44,160 nt of DNA, from positions 1-44,160 of the IMG/VR virus record IMGVR_UViG_3300021256_000026; one strand, given 5' to 3'. The translations under genes and the position numbers were made by a program. The DNA comes from a virus. Shown piece by piece: positions 42,365 to 44,160 of the stretch (positions within the stretch are counted from its first letter, which is position 1; every line of letters starts with the position of its first letter). A model generated the notes under the pieces. The model did no database searches. It worked only from the letters and a program-made list of their open reading frames with translations, and was not told the origin of the DNA.

Positions 42365-42688
42365 TTTTAACATTTGGGTATGACAAATCGGGTATTCGGG
42401 AAGATTTTTGTGTTGATTCTGGGTGCCGGGTGTGTGGCTACATAGAGCGGTTGTCTATGCTGCGAAGTTAGGGGTGGCACCATGGGCGCAATGGACCTCG
42501 GTTAAGAAGGGTTAAGGTTGAGTGTTGAGCGTAGAGCGGTGATGTGTCAATCTTAACACTTCTTGAACAGAGAACCCGTGCTTGTATGGTGCTGTTCTCC
42601 CCTTTTGTTGCAGCGTAAACAAGCGCTCTTTGACATGCTGCCACACTTTCCGACGGCTCCTCGGAATCGACACTAAAAATCTTGAAAT

Positions 42689-43324
42689 ATGAATAATTGT
42701 TACTTTTTTGATTACGTTCCGTCTCGCTACGAGGTAGTGAGTCAGGAACAGGAAGCCATCAGGAATTTCATCTTGAAATTCAAGGATGGCGATTATAGGT
42801 CATGCAGATATGCTGCATGGTTGGTTTGTGAAGAACTGCTGCGCATGTATGACGGCGCAGTTCCTAAGGATTTGGTGTTGGCGTGTGTGCCAACGTCGAA
42901 TCTGAAGAAGTATTACAAACGCTTTCAGCGTTTCAGTAGTATGGTAGCGCGAAGGCTTCAGATAGAAGATGCCTTCGAGCATGTGAGCATCGTGGGTTTC
43001 CGCGATGCGAAGCACAACAGGAGAGACCACATGGTTAGTGACCTCTTCAGTTGGCGTGTTGATGTCGATGATGACTTCTTCCGTTATAAGGAAGTAGTTA
43101 TCTTCGACGACCTATTTACGACAGGCTCGAGCGCGAGTGACTTCCGCGAATTGCTTGAGCAGTTCGGCTGTGATGTAACTGGCGGTTTGTTCTTAGGCAG
43201 AACCACGAAGGGTTTGCCCTTTAACTTGAAACCTGTAGGTTTCGACAGTTATATGATAGAACCAGTGCCTGGCGTATCAATGAATGAATTAATGGAGAAT
43301 GTTGACATTCTCTCTAATTACTAA
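42689..43324 (+). CDS. Phosphoribosyltransferase-domain protein (ComF-like)
   Basis: PRPP-binding-type motif VVIFDDLFTTGSSA near the C-terminus. 211 aa. Confidence 0.55.
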   Translation: MNNCYFFDYVPSRYEVVSQEQEAIRNFILKFKDGDYRSCRYAAWLVCEELLRMYDGAVPKDLVLACVPTSNLKKYYKRFQRFSSMVARRLQIEDAFEHVSIVGFRDAKHNRRDHMVSDLFSWRVDVDDDFFRYKEVVIFDDLFTTGSSASDFRELLEQFGCDVTGGLFLGRTTKGLPFNLKPVGFDSYMIEPVPGVSMNELMENVDILSNY

Positions 43325-43343
43325 TTTAACAAATACAATTATT

Positions 43344-44036
43344 ATGAAAAAACCATTGAACAAGTACAATGATTTATGCAAGGAGGAGCGCCCTGAGGTT
43401 AAGGGTGCTTCTCTGGGTATTAACACGCTCACCAACGTTGAGTTGGTGTCGTTAGTGTTGAACAGAGGTGCCGGTACATACGACAGCATGCACCAGGCCC
43501 GTCAGATGTTGAACATCTGCAATGAGAGTCTTCGAGAGTTGTCAGGGAAACGTCTCGACGAGTTAGAGGTAGTTCCCGGCATCGGTCACTGCAAGGCACT
43601 GGCGCTGATGGCCGCGATAGAGTTAGGCAAGCGTTACTCAGCAGAGGAACACCGCGAGCAGCCTGACTTAGGTTCTGCGAGCAGAATCTACAATCTGCTA
43701 TCTCCTAAGTTGAGTGACCTCGACCATGAAGAGATGTGGCTGGTGTTCATGAACCACAACTACAAGTTGATTAGTTGCGAACGTCTGTCCATCGGCGGTA
43801 TCACTGAGACTGCGGTTGACGTAAGAATAATCATCCGTCAGGCAGTCTTAAAGAACTCTACAGTGATAGCGATGGCGCACAATCACCCCTCGGGCAACCT
43901 TCGTCCATCTAAGGATGACGACGGTCTCACCTCTCGGGTGAAGAAAGCATGCGAACTCATGCGTCTGTTTCTTCTCGACCATTTGGTAATATCCTCGAGT
44001 GGATATTACTCTTATAGAGAATCAGGGAGGCTTTAG
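43344..44036 (+). CDS. radC: RadC-like JAB/MPN-domain protein
   Basis: N-terminal HhH-like region (VPGIGHCKALALMAAIELGKR). JAMM-type motif MAHNHPSGNLRPSKDD. ATG 43344 is preferred over 43299. Confidence 0.85.
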   Translation: MKKPLNKYNDLCKEERPEVKGASLGINTLTNVELVSLVLNRGAGTYDSMHQARQMLNICNESLRELSGKRLDELEVVPGIGHCKALALMAAIELGKRYSAEEHREQPDLGSASRIYNLLSPKLSDLDHEEMWLVFMNHNYKLISCERLSIGGITETAVDVRIIIRQAVLKNSTVIAMAHNHPSGNLRPSKDDDGLTSRVKKACELMRLFLLDHLVISSSGYYSYRESGRL

Positions 44037-44058
44037 CCTCTCTGTTTCTTTTTTTTTG
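44025..44058 (+). terminator. Rho-independent terminator after radC
   Basis: gggaggc-ttta-gcctctc (one G-U pair) followed by tgtttcttttttttt. It spans the circular junction. Confidence 0.6.
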
Positions 44059-44160
44059 TTAGAATCGAGGAGAAACGAATGAGGAAGATGTGATTAGTTT
44101 TAGTCGTTCGCCGTACTTCGTCCAGATACATTTATCTGCTGTATCTCCGAAGTGAGTTGC
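44034..44160. repeat. Terminal direct repeat, copy 2 (circular-assembly overlap)
   Basis: Identical to 1-127. Confidence 0.9.

Larger units (their letters stand above)
1..44033. mobile_element. One complete circular unit of a temperate tailed-phage (prophage-type) genome
   Basis: Bases 1-127 are identical to 44034-44160, so the window closes on itself. It holds terminase, capsid protease, capsid, tape measure, lysis, integrase, repressor and replication genes in tightly packed operons. Confidence 0.85.

Overview
The first 127 bases are identical to the last 127 (1-127 = 44034-44160), so the window is one complete circular unit of 44,033 bp. It is a temperate tailed-phage genome. At least 11 copies of the Bacteroides-type -7 promoter box TAnnTTTG sit just upstream of operon starts. 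Together with the near absence of Shine-Dalgarno sequences, this points to a Bacteroidota host. About 85% of genes are on the minus strand, in tightly coupled operons (ATGA and TAAnATG junctions). The modules are as follows. (1) Early/replication, 17023 down to 9693: a Cro-like protein, many small proteins, a small serine recombinase and a Toprim primase fused to an SF3 helicase. (2) Lysogeny, plus strand: a CI-like HTH repressor (17143-17532) and a tyrosine integrase (17851-19029). (3) Head/packaging, 8315 down to 26: ClpP-like protease-scaffold, putative major capsid, HKD nuclease and TerL. (4) Tail/lysis, 38147 down to 24254: amidase, tape measure, tail proteins, a holin-like protein and a putative portal. 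(5) A diversity-generating retroelement (DGR). (6) An accessory/regulatory region, 38343-44036: a lipoprotein moron, an XRE regulator, a PRTase-like protein and RadC. The best-supported special system is the DGR. Its TR (21960-22070) and VR (22224-22334) differ at 16 positions, and 15 of these are template adenines. The VR recodes the C-terminus of a 670-aa tail-fibre-like protein. The DGR reverse transcriptase is atypical: it has YADN instead of YxDD and IGTPSSP instead of IGxxxSQ, no Avd gene in the canonical slot, and a roughly 120-aa C-terminal extension. Other unexplained signals are listed below. A 600-900 nt ORF-free, helix-rich region carries a tRNA-like module (8792-9408). An array of eight AAGTGAAACA iterons lies at 8431-8697. 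An exact 15-mer occurs three times in direct/inverted/direct order next to a promoter (39553-39826). Two copies of a 75-nt extended hairpin flank the lipoprotein gene. Functional calls come from motifs read by eye; no database search was possible.
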